This document shows positions 1 through 7,847 of a stretch of DNA of 64,000 bases, piece by piece (the stretch's first letter is position 1; every line of letters starts with the position of its first letter). This stretch comes from Dehalococcoidia bacterium. GTDB lineage: Bacteria > Chloroflexota > Dehalococcoidia > Lucifugimonadales > VXLM01. The stretch lies in NCBI GenBank assembly GCA_965219245.1, contig OZ244722.1, positions 1,785,212 through 1,849,211 on the forward strand, written 5' to 3'. A program made the position numbers and the translations under genes. Below the pieces are notes generated by a model. That model saw only the letters and a program-made list of their open reading frames with translations. It was not told where the DNA came from and did not search any database.

Positions 1-772
1 TCGCGCCAAAGGTAGGCAGTTCGCCGACCATCGACTGGATTCTCGCGTCGTCGCTGGCCAGCCATTCCGGGTAGGGGTCGAATATGTTGCCCGCATAGTA
101 GCGGAGGGAGGCGATATGGTTGTCGGTTTGCGGTCGGCCGGCGAATTTCAGGGCGATGTAGCGTCTGCCTGCCCAGCCGTTGAAGATGGCGTGCCAGATG
201 CTCTGGTTGAAGAAGATGGCGTCGCCGGGGTTGGACTCGAGGGAGACGCTGGGCATGTTCGGGCCGGGCACGTCGAACGGGCGGACGGGCAGTCCTCGGC
301 GCTGGTGCATGGAGTCGGGCTCAATATCGCGGTGGAGCGGCATCCGGTGAGACCCCGGAATGACGCGGAGGCAGCCGTTTTCCTCTCTGATCGGGTCGAG
401 GTAGAGGTTGAGCTTGAGACGGGTATAGGAGACCTCGTCGTGATCGCCGGGACGATCGGGATGCCAGGGGTGCTCGGAGTTGACGGTGACGTTGCCCTCG
501 GACCCCGCCCAGACGAAGCCGGGGCCGAGGATGCTCTCGGCGGCCTCGTAGATGCGGTCGTCCGTGACGATCTTCGTCAGCGCCTCGTCCTGCTCGATGA
601 AATTCCCTTCCCCCTGGCCCTGTTCGGGGTCGAGGGGCTTACCGTCGCGGAGCTTGAGCCACAGGTTATCCGCGGTAGCGGTGATCTCCGCTGTTTCCTC
701 TGCAGAGAAGAGCTGCGGAATGAACAGAAAACCGAACGATTCAAAGTGGGCGACCTGCCCGTCTGAAAGCAT
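1..772 (-). CDS. Phytanoyl-CoA dioxygenase (PhyH) family Fe(II)/2-oxoglutarate oxygenase, partial (3' end off window)
   Basis: Not in the ORF track (no stop inside window). Reverse complement from ATG at 772 reads MLSDGQVAHFESFGFLFIPQLFSAEETAEI...EHPWHPDRP...CLRVIPGSHR...AIFFNQSIWHA, i.e. the HxD...H pattern of PhyH-type oxygenases. ORF 116..766 (+) is its opposite-strand shadow. Confidence 0.7.
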   Translation of the reverse strand, partial: MLSDGQVAHFESFGFLFIPQLFSAEETAEITATADNLWLKLRDGKPLDPEQGQGEGNFIEQDEALTKIVTDDRIYEAAESILGPGFVWAGSEGNVTVNSEHPWHPDRPGDHDEVSYTRLKLNLYLDPIREENGCLRVIPGSHRMPLHRDIEPDSMHQRRGLPVRPFDVPGPNMPSVSLESNPGDAIFFNQSIWHAIFNGWAGRRYIALKFAGRPQTDNHIASLRYYAGNIFDPYPEWLASDDARIQSMVGELPTFGA

Positions 773-1134
773 CTGGCGTACCTCTGCTGCGGAATCGGAG
801 TTAGCGCCGCTAATGGTACGTCGGTCGGTCGGACATGGCAATAGCGGGAGAACCGCGTAGTAGATAGTGTCAACACTCGGTTCACAATGCTAGGGCGACG
901 TTGAGTTCTTCCCCGCCCGCTGAATTGTGGCCTCTGCTACGTCCTTGGGCGGGTGTTCTTTCGTGCTGTCCATCGGTTTCATAGACGGTCTGAACTTCTA
1001 TCATCTGGCGCGGAGAGCCTAGGCCACAGCACCGCCATTCCTGCGAAAGAACGTCACCCCGTACCCCGATACGGGGCAGGAATCCATCCCCGGCCATTGC
1101 AGATCAAGAAGATTCTGTGACGAGCGAACCCACT

Positions 1135-1422
1135 TCACCCCAACGTGTCAGACAGATCCGACCATGTTGGATTGTCCTTCTCAATCAACTCGATCTTCCA
1201 CGTCCGTTTCCACCTCTTCAGCATCCTCTCCCTCGTGAGTGCGCCTTCCATAGACTCATGAGCCTCATACCAGACCAGTCTGTGAACGCCATAACGCTTC
1301 GTGAATCCTTCCACGAAGTCATTCGTGTGCTGCCAGACTCGTTGGGCAAGATTCGATGTTGCGCCGATGTACAGAGTGCCATTCGGTTTGCTCGCAAGGA
1401 TGTAGGCGCAGGGGGCTTTCAC
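1135..1422 (-). CDS. GIY-YIG nuclease superfamily protein (UPF0213/YhbQ-like)
   Basis: 95 aa. CAYILASKPNGTLYIGATSNLAQRVWQH...RYGVHRLVWYE...EGALTRERMLKRWKR matches the GIY-(x10)-YIG plus conserved R/E/K layout. GTG start. Confidence 0.85.
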   Translation of the reverse strand: MKAPCAYILASKPNGTLYIGATSNLAQRVWQHTNDFVEGFTKRYGVHRLVWYEAHESMEGALTRERMLKRWKRTWKIELIEKDNPTWSDLSDTLG

Positions 1423-1521
1423 GAGGGCCTTGAAGATTCGTTATATTACGGTACGGATCTTGTCGTCACTTGGTGTGGGGATGTTCCCGTTTATTTTCGC
1501 AGGAATCCAGGCGGGTTACGT

Positions 1522-1716
1522 CTACGCGGTATCTTTCCACAAACTGTCGAGTTCGGCCTTGAGGTCTTCTAAAGAGACGGTCTCGTCGTCCCTGCGTTCG
1601 GCGATAAGGGCTAGATCCCGGAGGTCTTCCATGAGACGATCGTATTCGGCCATAGACAGTATTACCGCCTCGCGCTCTCCGGCTTGGTCGATTACGTACC
1701 GACGTTGCTCTAACAC
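1522..1716 (-). CDS. Phd/YefM-like type II antitoxin-like protein
   Basis: 64 aa. EREAVILSMAEYDRLMEDLRDLALIAERRDDE is the typical Phd/YefM C-terminal pattern. No toxin ORF follows. Confidence 0.55.
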   Translation of the reverse strand: MLEQRRYVIDQAGEREAVILSMAEYDRLMEDLRDLALIAERRDDETVSLEDLKAELDSLWKDTA

Positions 1717-1767
1717 CTCTTTAGGCCTCCAGACCTGATGTCTTCTTGACAGGTCATACCAGAATCA

Positions 1768-1992
1768 TCAGCGCTCATTCATCTCATCCCTTGTGAATGT
1801 GCGTCCACCTGTGGATATGACGGAGCGCAACTCACGCAGGGTCGCCTCGGCTTTGGCGGCCCGTTGGTCGCGTCCGACATAGCTGGCGAGCCATAGCCGA
1901 AACTGAGCGTTCAAGGTTGTACGCTCTTCGGCTGCCCGTCGCCGCGCCTCTTCGATCAGAGTCTCGTCGGCACTCAGGGTGATGTTCTTCAC
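1768..1992 (-). CDS. Ribbon-helix-helix (CopG/VapB-like) antitoxin-like protein
   Basis: 74 aa. N-terminal MKNITLSADETLIEEARRRAAEERTTLNAQFRLWL fits a beta-strand plus two helices (RHH). No adjacent toxin. Confidence 0.45.
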   Translation of the reverse strand: MKNITLSADETLIEEARRRAAEERTTLNAQFRLWLASYVGRDQRAAKAEATLRELRSVISTGGRTFTRDEMNER

Positions 1993-2036
1993 GCTGTCAC
2001 CTCGTTAATTGATACACAGATATGGTGTACACGATA

Positions 2037-2203
2037 CTAGTGTCCTGTGTCAGAGGTTCACAGAATAAATCAGCGCGCGAAAATCCCCTCTCCCGTCGTG
2101 GGAGAGGGCTAGAGCCTGCCCCGTACTCGATACGGGGGTGAGGGTGACTTCCCGGAACACACCCATCCGCCTTCTACAACAAACTTCAGGAACAGGACAC
2201 TAG
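2037..2203. mobile_element. MITE (CTAG-bounded, ends CTAGTGTCCTGT / ACAGGACACTAG)
   Basis: 12-bp perfect terminal inverted repeat. Internal core atcccctctcccgtcgtgggagaggg...gccccgtactcgatacggggg tgagggtg. Ends match the right TIR of the adjacent IS630 element. Confidence 0.7.
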
Positions 2204-2343
2204 TACTCAGTCAACTTGAATATGATAAACAGACAGATGCCGATTTATCCCCTCTCCCGTCGTGGGAGAGGGCTAGGGTGAGGGTGACTTCCCGGAACAC
2301 ACCCATCCGCCTTCTACAACAAACTTCAGGAACAGGACACTAG
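2200..2343. mobile_element. MITE (left end CTAGTACTCAGTCAACTTGAATATGA, right end ACAGGACACTAG)
   Basis: Shares its CTAG junction with the previous element. Same hairpin core. The left end recurs at 3625, 3748, 12378, 31195, 42023 and 53902. Confidence 0.65.
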
Positions 2344-2483
2344 TGTCCTGTTTCGCAAGTTCGTCGGATTATTTGGGCTGGTCTTGTAGGGGGCAGGGAC
2401 TGGATTCCGGCCTTCGCCGGAATGACGAACGAGTGTCGATGGTCGTCGCATTTATGTAATGAACTTCAGAAACGGGACACTAG
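2340..2483. mobile_element. MITE-like element (CTAGTGTCCTGT...AACGGGACACTAG) with a different interior
   Basis: Same termini as 2037..2203. The interior carries the ctggattccggccttcgccggaatgac hairpin instead of the core. CTAG at both junctions. Confidence 0.55.
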
Positions 2484-3628
2484 TGTTATGAGTCGTAAGT
2501 AGTCAGTATAATAGAGGGCATGAGTAGTAGGAGGAAGTCATGCCCCGTGGTAGACCGTTGGCACCGTTGGAGATCGGCATAGAGGAGCGAGAAACCCTGG
2601 AGAGATTGGTCGCGCGTCGGAAGACGGCGCAAGCGCTGGCCCAACGCGCCCGGTTGATACTTGGCTGCGCCGAAGGTAAGTCCAACAAGACAGTGAGTGC
2701 TCAAGTGGGGCTCTCTCCCCAGACCGTGGGGAAGTGGCGTCGTCGGTTTCTCGAAAGAGGCTTGGATGGGCTCTTGGACGAACCGAGGCCCGGCGCTCCC
2801 CGCAAGATCACCGACACCGACGTCGAGAAAGTCGTCACTCTGACACTGGAAACGACACCTGACGACGCTACTCACTGGAGCACTCGTTCGATGGCCAGAC
2901 GCACCGGCATGAGCCAGAGCGCCATAAGCCGTATCTGGCGAGCCTTCGCTCTTCAACCTCATCGCACAGAGACCTTCAAACTGTCCACCGATCCTCTCTT
3001 CATCGAGAAGGTCCGAGACATCGTGGGACTGTACCTCAACCCACCGGACAAGGCTCTTGTACTGTGCGTAGACGAAAAATCGGGTATCCAAGCGCTGGAC
3101 CGTACCGCGCCTTTGTTGCCCATGCGTCCAGGCCAAGTCGAGAGACGTACTCACGACTACGCTCGGCACGGAACCACCGACCTGTTCGCGGCCCTTGACG
3201 TAGCTACCGGCAGGGTGATCGGCTCCTGCCAACGGCGCCATCGTTCGGTGGAGTTCCGCAAGTTCCTTGACAAGATCGATGACTCTGTACCCCCAGACCT
3301 CGATGTGCACATCATCCTCGACAACTCCTCAACCCACAAGACCGCGCTTATCCAACGATGGCTGGTTAAGCGGCCCCGTTACCATCTCCACTTCACTCCC
3401 ACCAGTTCATCATGGCTCAATCTTGTCGAGCGCTGGTTCGCCGCGCTGACGGATAAGCAGCTCAGACGGGGTGTCCACCGCAGTACACGCGAGCTTGAGG
3501 AAGCGATCCTTCACTACATCGAGTCTACCTGTGCCGATCCCAAGCCTTTCCGATGGACAAAAACGGCTGACGAAATCCTAGCCTCACTAGCAAGATATTG
3601 CATGCGAACTTATGACTCAGGACACTAG
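2480..3628 (+). mobile_element. IS630-family insertion sequence (complete)
   Basis: Imperfect 21-bp TIRs: 2480..2500 CTAGTGTTATGAGTCGTAAGT versus the reverse complement of 3608..3628, CTAGTGTCCTGAGTCATAAGT. Single transposase ORF. CTAG at both ends, consistent with the known CTAG target and TA duplication of IS630. Confidence 0.85.
2540..3628 (+). CDS. IS630 family transposase (HTH + DDE)
   Basis: 362 aa. N-terminal HTH (ARLILGCAEGKSNKTVSAQVGLSPQTVGKWRRRF) and a DDE core (LCVDEKSGIQ ... HIILDNSSTHK ... SSWLNLVERWF), typical of IS630/Tc1-mariner-type transposases. The stop TAG lies in the right TIR. Confidence 0.92.
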   Translation: MPRGRPLAPLEIGIEERETLERLVARRKTAQALAQRARLILGCAEGKSNKTVSAQVGLSPQTVGKWRRRFLERGLDGLLDEPRPGAPRKITDTDVEKVVTLTLETTPDDATHWSTRSMARRTGMSQSAISRIWRAFALQPHRTETFKLSTDPLFIEKVRDIVGLYLNPPDKALVLCVDEKSGIQALDRTAPLLPMRPGQVERRTHDYARHGTTDLFAALDVATGRVIGSCQRRHRSVEFRKFLDKIDDSVPPDLDVHIILDNSSTHKTALIQRWLVKRPRYHLHFTPTSSSWLNLVERWFAALTDKQLRRGVHRSTRELEEAILHYIESTCADPKPFRWTKTADEILASLARYCMRTYDSGH

Positions 3629-3751
3629 TACTCAGTCAACTTGAATATGATAAACAGACAGATGCCGATTTATCCCCTCTCCCGTCGTGGGAGAGGGCTA
3701 GGGTGAGGGTGCTTTGAGTAAGCTACCAAAATCATATGGAACCGGTACTAG
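3625..3751. mobile_element. MITE (CTAGTACTCAGTC ... GGAACCGGTACTAG)
   Basis: 127 bp with CTAG at both ends. Core cccctctcccgtcgtgggagagggctagggtgagggtg, followed by tttgagtaagctaccaaaatcatatggaaccggtactag. Confidence 0.7.
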
Positions 3752-3880
3752 TACTCAGTCAACTTGAATATGATAAACAGACAGATGCCGATTTATCCCC
3801 TCTCCCGTCGTGGGAGAGGGCTAGGGTGAGGGTGAGGGTGCTTTGAGTAAGCTACCAAAATCATATGGAACCGGTACTAG
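3748..3880. mobile_element. MITE (second tandem copy of the 3625 element)
   Basis: Near-identical to 3625..3751 with one extra gtgagg unit. Shares the CTAG junction. Confidence 0.7.
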
Positions 3881-3931
3881 TGTACAAATCAAAGAAGATG
3901 CCCAACGTAATTCCACCTGGCTTTGCGAGGG

Positions 3932-3972
3932 ATAAGAAAAACAGGCCCGCCGGATCCCGGCGGGCCTGTTTG
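3932..3972 (-). terminator. Rho-independent terminator of the solute-binding protein gene
   Basis: Near-perfect 15-bp GC-rich stem (rc: aaacaggcccgccgg / ccggcgggcctgttt with a short central loop), followed on the minus strand by TTTTTCTTATC, about 40 nt after the stop at 4010. Confidence 0.8.
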
Positions 3973-4009
3973 CTTTAGGCTAAGCTGCCTAGTCTTGTCC
4001 GCTTGGTTT

Positions 4010-6421
4010 CTACCAGACGGTCTTCGTGCACTTGTCGTACGGACTGCCGCCCTGGATGAATGCCCAGCTTCCGCAGTACTTCGACCGATTGCCCGGATGG
4101 TGGAAGTTGTCCTGGCCGTCCTCGAAGAAGCGCGCCCAGGCGGTGAAGCCGTTGTGGTCACGCTCGTGGGTGATCGGCTTGTTGCGGAAGTTGTTCCGGG
4201 TCAGGTAGACGCCGCGGAACACGCCGGAGTAGGCGCAGCAGTTGAGCGCCCAAAGCTGGTCGGCGTTGGTGGCGAACAGCTCCTTGCCCATCTCGACTCG
4301 GCGTGGGTCAAGGTTGCTGACGCCGAGGCCTTCGACCCACAGGTTGGACTGTCGCGCAAGCAGGCCGCCGGCATCAGCCGGGAACTCGCCCGGGCCCGCC
4401 AGAGGGAGCCAATCGGGATCGCCGCCCGTGGGGGCCATGCCCTCTTCACCGCGAGTGGAGTACCACTGTCCTATCCGGCCCGCAAGGTCGCTACCCCCCG
4501 ACAAGGGCGCGAGGCTCGTCCACTGCACCATCCATGGGTTGTACTGGTAGGCGGAGTAGTCACGCGCGATCGTCGTCGTTTCCTGGCTAGTGCGCGTTAG
4601 GGAGTAATGCCCAGTTTGGATCTTCGTCTTGATTCCGACGCTCTGCCAGCCTTCCTTTAGAATCTCGGCGGCCTGCACGACTGCCGGGTTGTCGCTAATC
4701 GTGATTTTCATCTCGATCGTGCCCGATCCGTCCTTGTGCAGCCGGAAGTTATCGGCGTCTCGCGTCGTCAGGCCCAGCCCGTCGAGCAACTGGTTGGACT
4801 TGTTGACGTCTTTCTCCATGTGGAGCATACGGAACTCGTCGCCCGGGTAGTACGGATTGTTCGGTCGCGGGACGCGGTTCTGCACCACACCGACGCCGGA
4901 CAGGACGACGGTGTTGAGGTCTTCCTTGTCGACCGTGTGCGACAGGGCGAGACGGAAGTCGCGCGTTCGGACGAGCTCGCCGATGTGCTGGTCCTCGTTG
5001 TAGGTCTGCTGCATCGTCGCGCTCAGGTCGGCGCCGCCGCTGCTCGGCCAGTGGTAGACCGAGTAGTCGCCGCGCTCCATGTTCTGGACGTAGAGCGGAA
5101 TCTCGCCGGGCAGGAACGAAGACGTTCGTCCGTCTTCTTCACCGGCCATCGCGCGGAACTTGATGACGGCTTGGCTCTCCTGCTTGGTCATCACAGCGCC
5201 GTCGTTGTAGGGGATCTGGTTGCCCTCGGGGTCGACGAACCAGTGGTACTGGTTCTTCATGAACACCGACTGAGCGTCCGTGTCCTCGATGTTGCAGTAT
5301 GGAGCGGCGCAGGGGTTGCTGTCGATGTTGTCCCAGAAGGCCAACTCACCCTTCAGCATGTCCTGAAGGTCGGTGTAGTTGCCTTCCTTGATGAGCTTGT
5401 CGACGGCTGCCTGTCCCGCGTACTGCGGGTAGAGCCTCTTCATCTTCGGGTGCCAGACCATGCACACGCCCCCGGGCTGGCACAGCGTGCCCGGCGTAGA
5501 CCGTGACTCCATGATGGTGAAGATCGGGGAGTCGTAGGTAAGCGTAAACGTCAGGTCGTCGACCACCGCGAATCTAGGCGGGTTCCCCGTTACGGGGTCG
5601 CTAATCCACAGCGGAAGCGGGCCGCCGAAGAGGGCGGGCGTGAGATTCATTTCCCACGCGAACTCGACGGACTCCATGTCCAGCGGAACGCCGTCCCACC
5701 ACTTGAGGCCCTCACGGAGCGTGAAGGTCCAGAGGGTCCCGTCGTCGCTGACTTCCCAGCCCTTGCCGATCCAGGGGAACCAAATAAGGCCCCCGAGGGA
5801 GTCACGGCGGTTCCAACTGGCGCCGATCCACTCGCCGATGTAGGCATGGGGCTGCGTCTGTTGATAGAATCCGCCATACTCGCCGATGCCGTCCGGCCCG
5901 GCGATGACCGCCACGTCCTCAGGAACGGGGAGTCGCTCCATCAGTGGCGGAATTGCGCCTTCCTTAACCAACTGGGCCGAGTGCGGGGACTCGAAGAACT
6001 GCGTTGGGCGCGGGCCGTCGTAGTCCTGGAATACCCAGACCTCGCCAGGCACCTGCTGCTTGACGGGCTTCCAAACGTGCGGGCTGCGGAGCGGGCAGTC
6101 GGAGACTGTGTCGCCCAGGATCACGCACGTTGCCGGCACCATAGCCATTGCCTCCGGCTCGGGCCGTGGGGCAGGTGCTGGTGCAGCCGCGGGGGCGGGC
6201 GCGGGAGCGGCTTGTGCCGGAGCGGGGGCCGCCTGTGCCGGAGCGGGCGCGGGGGCGGGGGCCGGAGCCGGTGCAGCCGCCGGAGCTTGTGCCGGAGCGG
6301 GTGCCGGAGCCGGAGCAGCGGTCGTCCCGCTGTCCGTATCGTCGCTGCTGCCGCACGCCACCAGCGCCAACGCCAGTACGAGACCGGCAACTATAGAGAA
6401 TATAAACCTACGGTTGAGCAT
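4010..6421 (-). CDS. ABC transporter substrate-binding lipoprotein, family 5 (peptide/oligosaccharide/nickel type), with Ala-Pro linker
   Basis: Start moved to ATG 6421 (GGAGG 7 nt upstream). MLNRRFIFSIVAGLVLALALVACGSSDD is a lipobox signal, followed by an (AP)n linker of about 60 aa and a large SBP_5-like body (WWDGVPL, YNPWM...). No permease or ATPase genes are adjacent. Confidence 0.75.
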   Translation of the reverse strand: MLNRRFIFSIVAGLVLALALVACGSSDDTDSGTTAAPAPAPAPAQAPAAAPAPAPAPAPAPAQAAPAPAQAAPAPAPAAAPAPAPRPEPEAMAMVPATCVILGDTVSDCPLRSPHVWKPVKQQVPGEVWVFQDYDGPRPTQFFESPHSAQLVKEGAIPPLMERLPVPEDVAVIAGPDGIGEYGGFYQQTQPHAYIGEWIGASWNRRDSLGGLIWFPWIGKGWEVSDDGTLWTFTLREGLKWWDGVPLDMESVEFAWEMNLTPALFGGPLPLWISDPVTGNPPRFAVVDDLTFTLTYDSPIFTIMESRSTPGTLCQPGGVCMVWHPKMKRLYPQYAGQAAVDKLIKEGNYTDLQDMLKGELAFWDNIDSNPCAAPYCNIEDTDAQSVFMKNQYHWFVDPEGNQIPYNDGAVMTKQESQAVIKFRAMAGEEDGRTSSFLPGEIPLYVQNMERGDYSVYHWPSSGGADLSATMQQTYNEDQHIGELVRTRDFRLALSHTVDKEDLNTVVLSGVGVVQNRVPRPNNPYYPGDEFRMLHMEKDVNKSNQLLDGLGLTTRDADNFRLHKDGSGTIEMKITISDNPAVVQAAEILKEGWQSVGIKTKIQTGHYSLTRTSQETTTIARDYSAYQYNPWMVQWTSLAPLSGGSDLAGRIGQWYSTRGEEGMAPTGGDPDWLPLAGPGEFPADAGGLLARQSNLWVEGLGVSNLDPRRVEMGKELFATNADQLWALNCCAYSGVFRGVYLTRNNFRNKPITHERDHNGFTAWARFFEDGQDNFHHPGNRSKYCGSWAFIQGGSPYDKCTKTVW

Positions 6422-6486
6422 TCGTAACCTCCTCTTCAATAAGGCAAAGTGTTCTTGAACCGATCTCTTCAGGCCGATTCCGAGCG

Positions 6487-6516
6487 ACTCTAGCACAGTA
6501 TTTATGCGGCTGTCAA
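6487..6516 (-). promoter_or_regulatory. Candidate sigma-70 promoter for the SBP gene
   Basis: Minus strand reads TTGACA (6516..6511), an 18-nt spacer, then TAGAGT (6492..6487), about 65 nt upstream of the start. Confidence 0.4.
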
Positions 6517-6532
6517 TGCGTAGCACCACAAG

Positions 6533-6554
6533 GTAACTGTTCAGAGTTGATGAG
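6533..6554 (+). repeat. 22-bp terminal-repeat-like motif GTAACTGTTCAGAGTTGATGAG
   Basis: The same motif occurs at 22972..22993 (+), 44562..44583 (rc) and, degenerate, at 44311..44330 (+). Here it is followed by a short ORF (6607..) whose first ~45 codons (RETLPEVITSQQAVIIELRRRVEDLERQ) look like a transposase N-terminal coiled coil and which is then cut by a hairpin repeat. Confidence 0.4.
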
Positions 6555-6682
6555 GTGAATGAAGGGCTTGAGACTCCTGTGGCCGGGGGTGTGACATAAG
6601 GGAGTCATGGGAGTTGAGGTAGACCGCAAGAGTGCCAGCAGAGAGACTCTGCCGGAGGTTATTACAAGTCAGCAGGCGGTCA

Positions 6683-7081
6683 TCATCGAGTTGCGGCGCA
6701 GGGTCGAGGACTTGGAGAGGCAGGGCTCTCCTCGCGGGCCCTCTGGATTCCGGCCCCGTATCGCAGTACGGGGCAAGCTCTTCGCCGGAATGACGGGGAT
6801 GGCTGCTTTGGTGTTTGGGAGAAGCACACCGACCAAGTTGGTACAGCTTCGAGAATCACTTTCGGATGAACTTGGTTCTCGAAATCATGAAATGAGAAGC
6901 GACAGTTGTTGGGCTTAGGCCACCCACGAGCGGATGAGGCGATGTCCAGCACATCGATGTCTTCGGCGATGCCGTTGGACAGAGTCGCGTAGAGCGGCGA
7001 ACTGCCGATGTAGGTCTCTTCAGAAAACCTCTTGAATATGTTCCCGAGTTTCTGTAGTTGCTCTTCGTCTCCCGACACCAT
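6683..7081 (-). pseudogene. Truncated gene fragment, N-terminus resembles DUF2332 family
   Basis: ATG 7081 with AGGAGG 9 nt upstream. MVSGDEEQLQKLGNIFKRFSEETYIGSSPLYATLSNGIAEDIDVLDIASSARGWPKPNN resembles DUF2332 N-termini (FA..EA..SPLY..L...IA.D). Similarity is lost after ~60 aa and the frame runs into repeat-derived sequence (FRRRACPVLRYGAGIQ). Confidence 0.4.
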
Positions 7082-7220
7082 GTGGGTGAAACCTCCTATG
7101 TATGAAAAGAATACCTGAGTCTGCCTATGGAGTGCTGACCTTTCCCGACCTTCCCGCGAAAAGCCTGCCCCGTACCCCGATACGGGGGAGACATCTGAGT
7201 TACTGGCACGATAACCCGTT

Positions 7221-7342
7221 ATTCCTCTGAAAATAAGCCCCGTCCAACCTCCCGTAGGGGCGATTCGCGAATCGCCCCTACCGCCATTTTCATGATTGGT
7301 GGTGTCGGTGACAACCGACATGAGCGATTGCTATGAAAATAG
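7221..7342 (+). repeat. Single copy of the 105-bp composite hairpin unit
   Basis: ctctgaaaataagccccgtccaacctccc GTAGGGGCGATTCGCGAATCGCCCCTAC cgccattttcatgattggtggtgtcggtgacaaccgacatgagcgatt. Same unit as the tandem array at 17655..18080. Confidence 0.8.
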
Positions 7343-7722
7343 ATGGCAACCACCCCCATTCCGTCATTCCGGCGGAGGCCGGAATCCAGTTCCCGGCACC
7401 CTGCCGACCGTGACGACGCATCCCAATTTTCATCTCTCTTATGTGGCCTGACAAGGCCATAGTCATTCCGAGCGCGGCGAGGAATCTAGGTTATTCCGCC
7501 GTCGTCATCGAGGCTGTTCCAGTTACAGGAACAACTTGGAGGACAAGTACCTGTCATTTCAAACGGAGCGGAGTGAGGAATGACAGGTACCGGGGTTAAG
7601 CGCAGGTCTCCTTACGCAAGAGTGACGACACAGAATTCGGAGCGAAACTCGGAGCCTTGCGCTTCACTCTTAGCAGCACAAGAGCCTCCGGGTCATGACA
7701 CGCGGCCCGTCCGCCCCGACGT

Positions 7723-7760
7723 GTTAAAGATGGTTAATCGTGCCTTAACGTTCCGTTAAC
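7723..7760 (+). promoter_or_regulatory. Pho-box-like array of four direct TTAA(A/T/C) repeats upstream of pstS
   Basis: TTAA at 7724, 7734, 7745 and 7756 (spacing 10/11/11 nt, one helical turn). The array lies 22 nt upstream of a TATAAG -10 (7781..7786), with no -35 hexamer. Position and periodicity match PhoB/PhoP-type activator sites. Confidence 0.45.
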
Positions 7761-7847
7761 GCGATGGGCACGCCGGGCAATATAAGGTTTTTGTTGGAAG
7801 AAACTTCAGAAATCAAAACTAGAGGACTCCAAGGAGGAAGTACGAGA

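Noticed and set aside
6145-6340. GC-rich low-complexity DNA in the SBP gene as a possible tandem repeat or mobile insertion
   Set aside because: It encodes an (Ala-Pro)n linker directly after the lipobox, a common feature of lipoproteins. There is no fixed period and no similarity to the repeat families.
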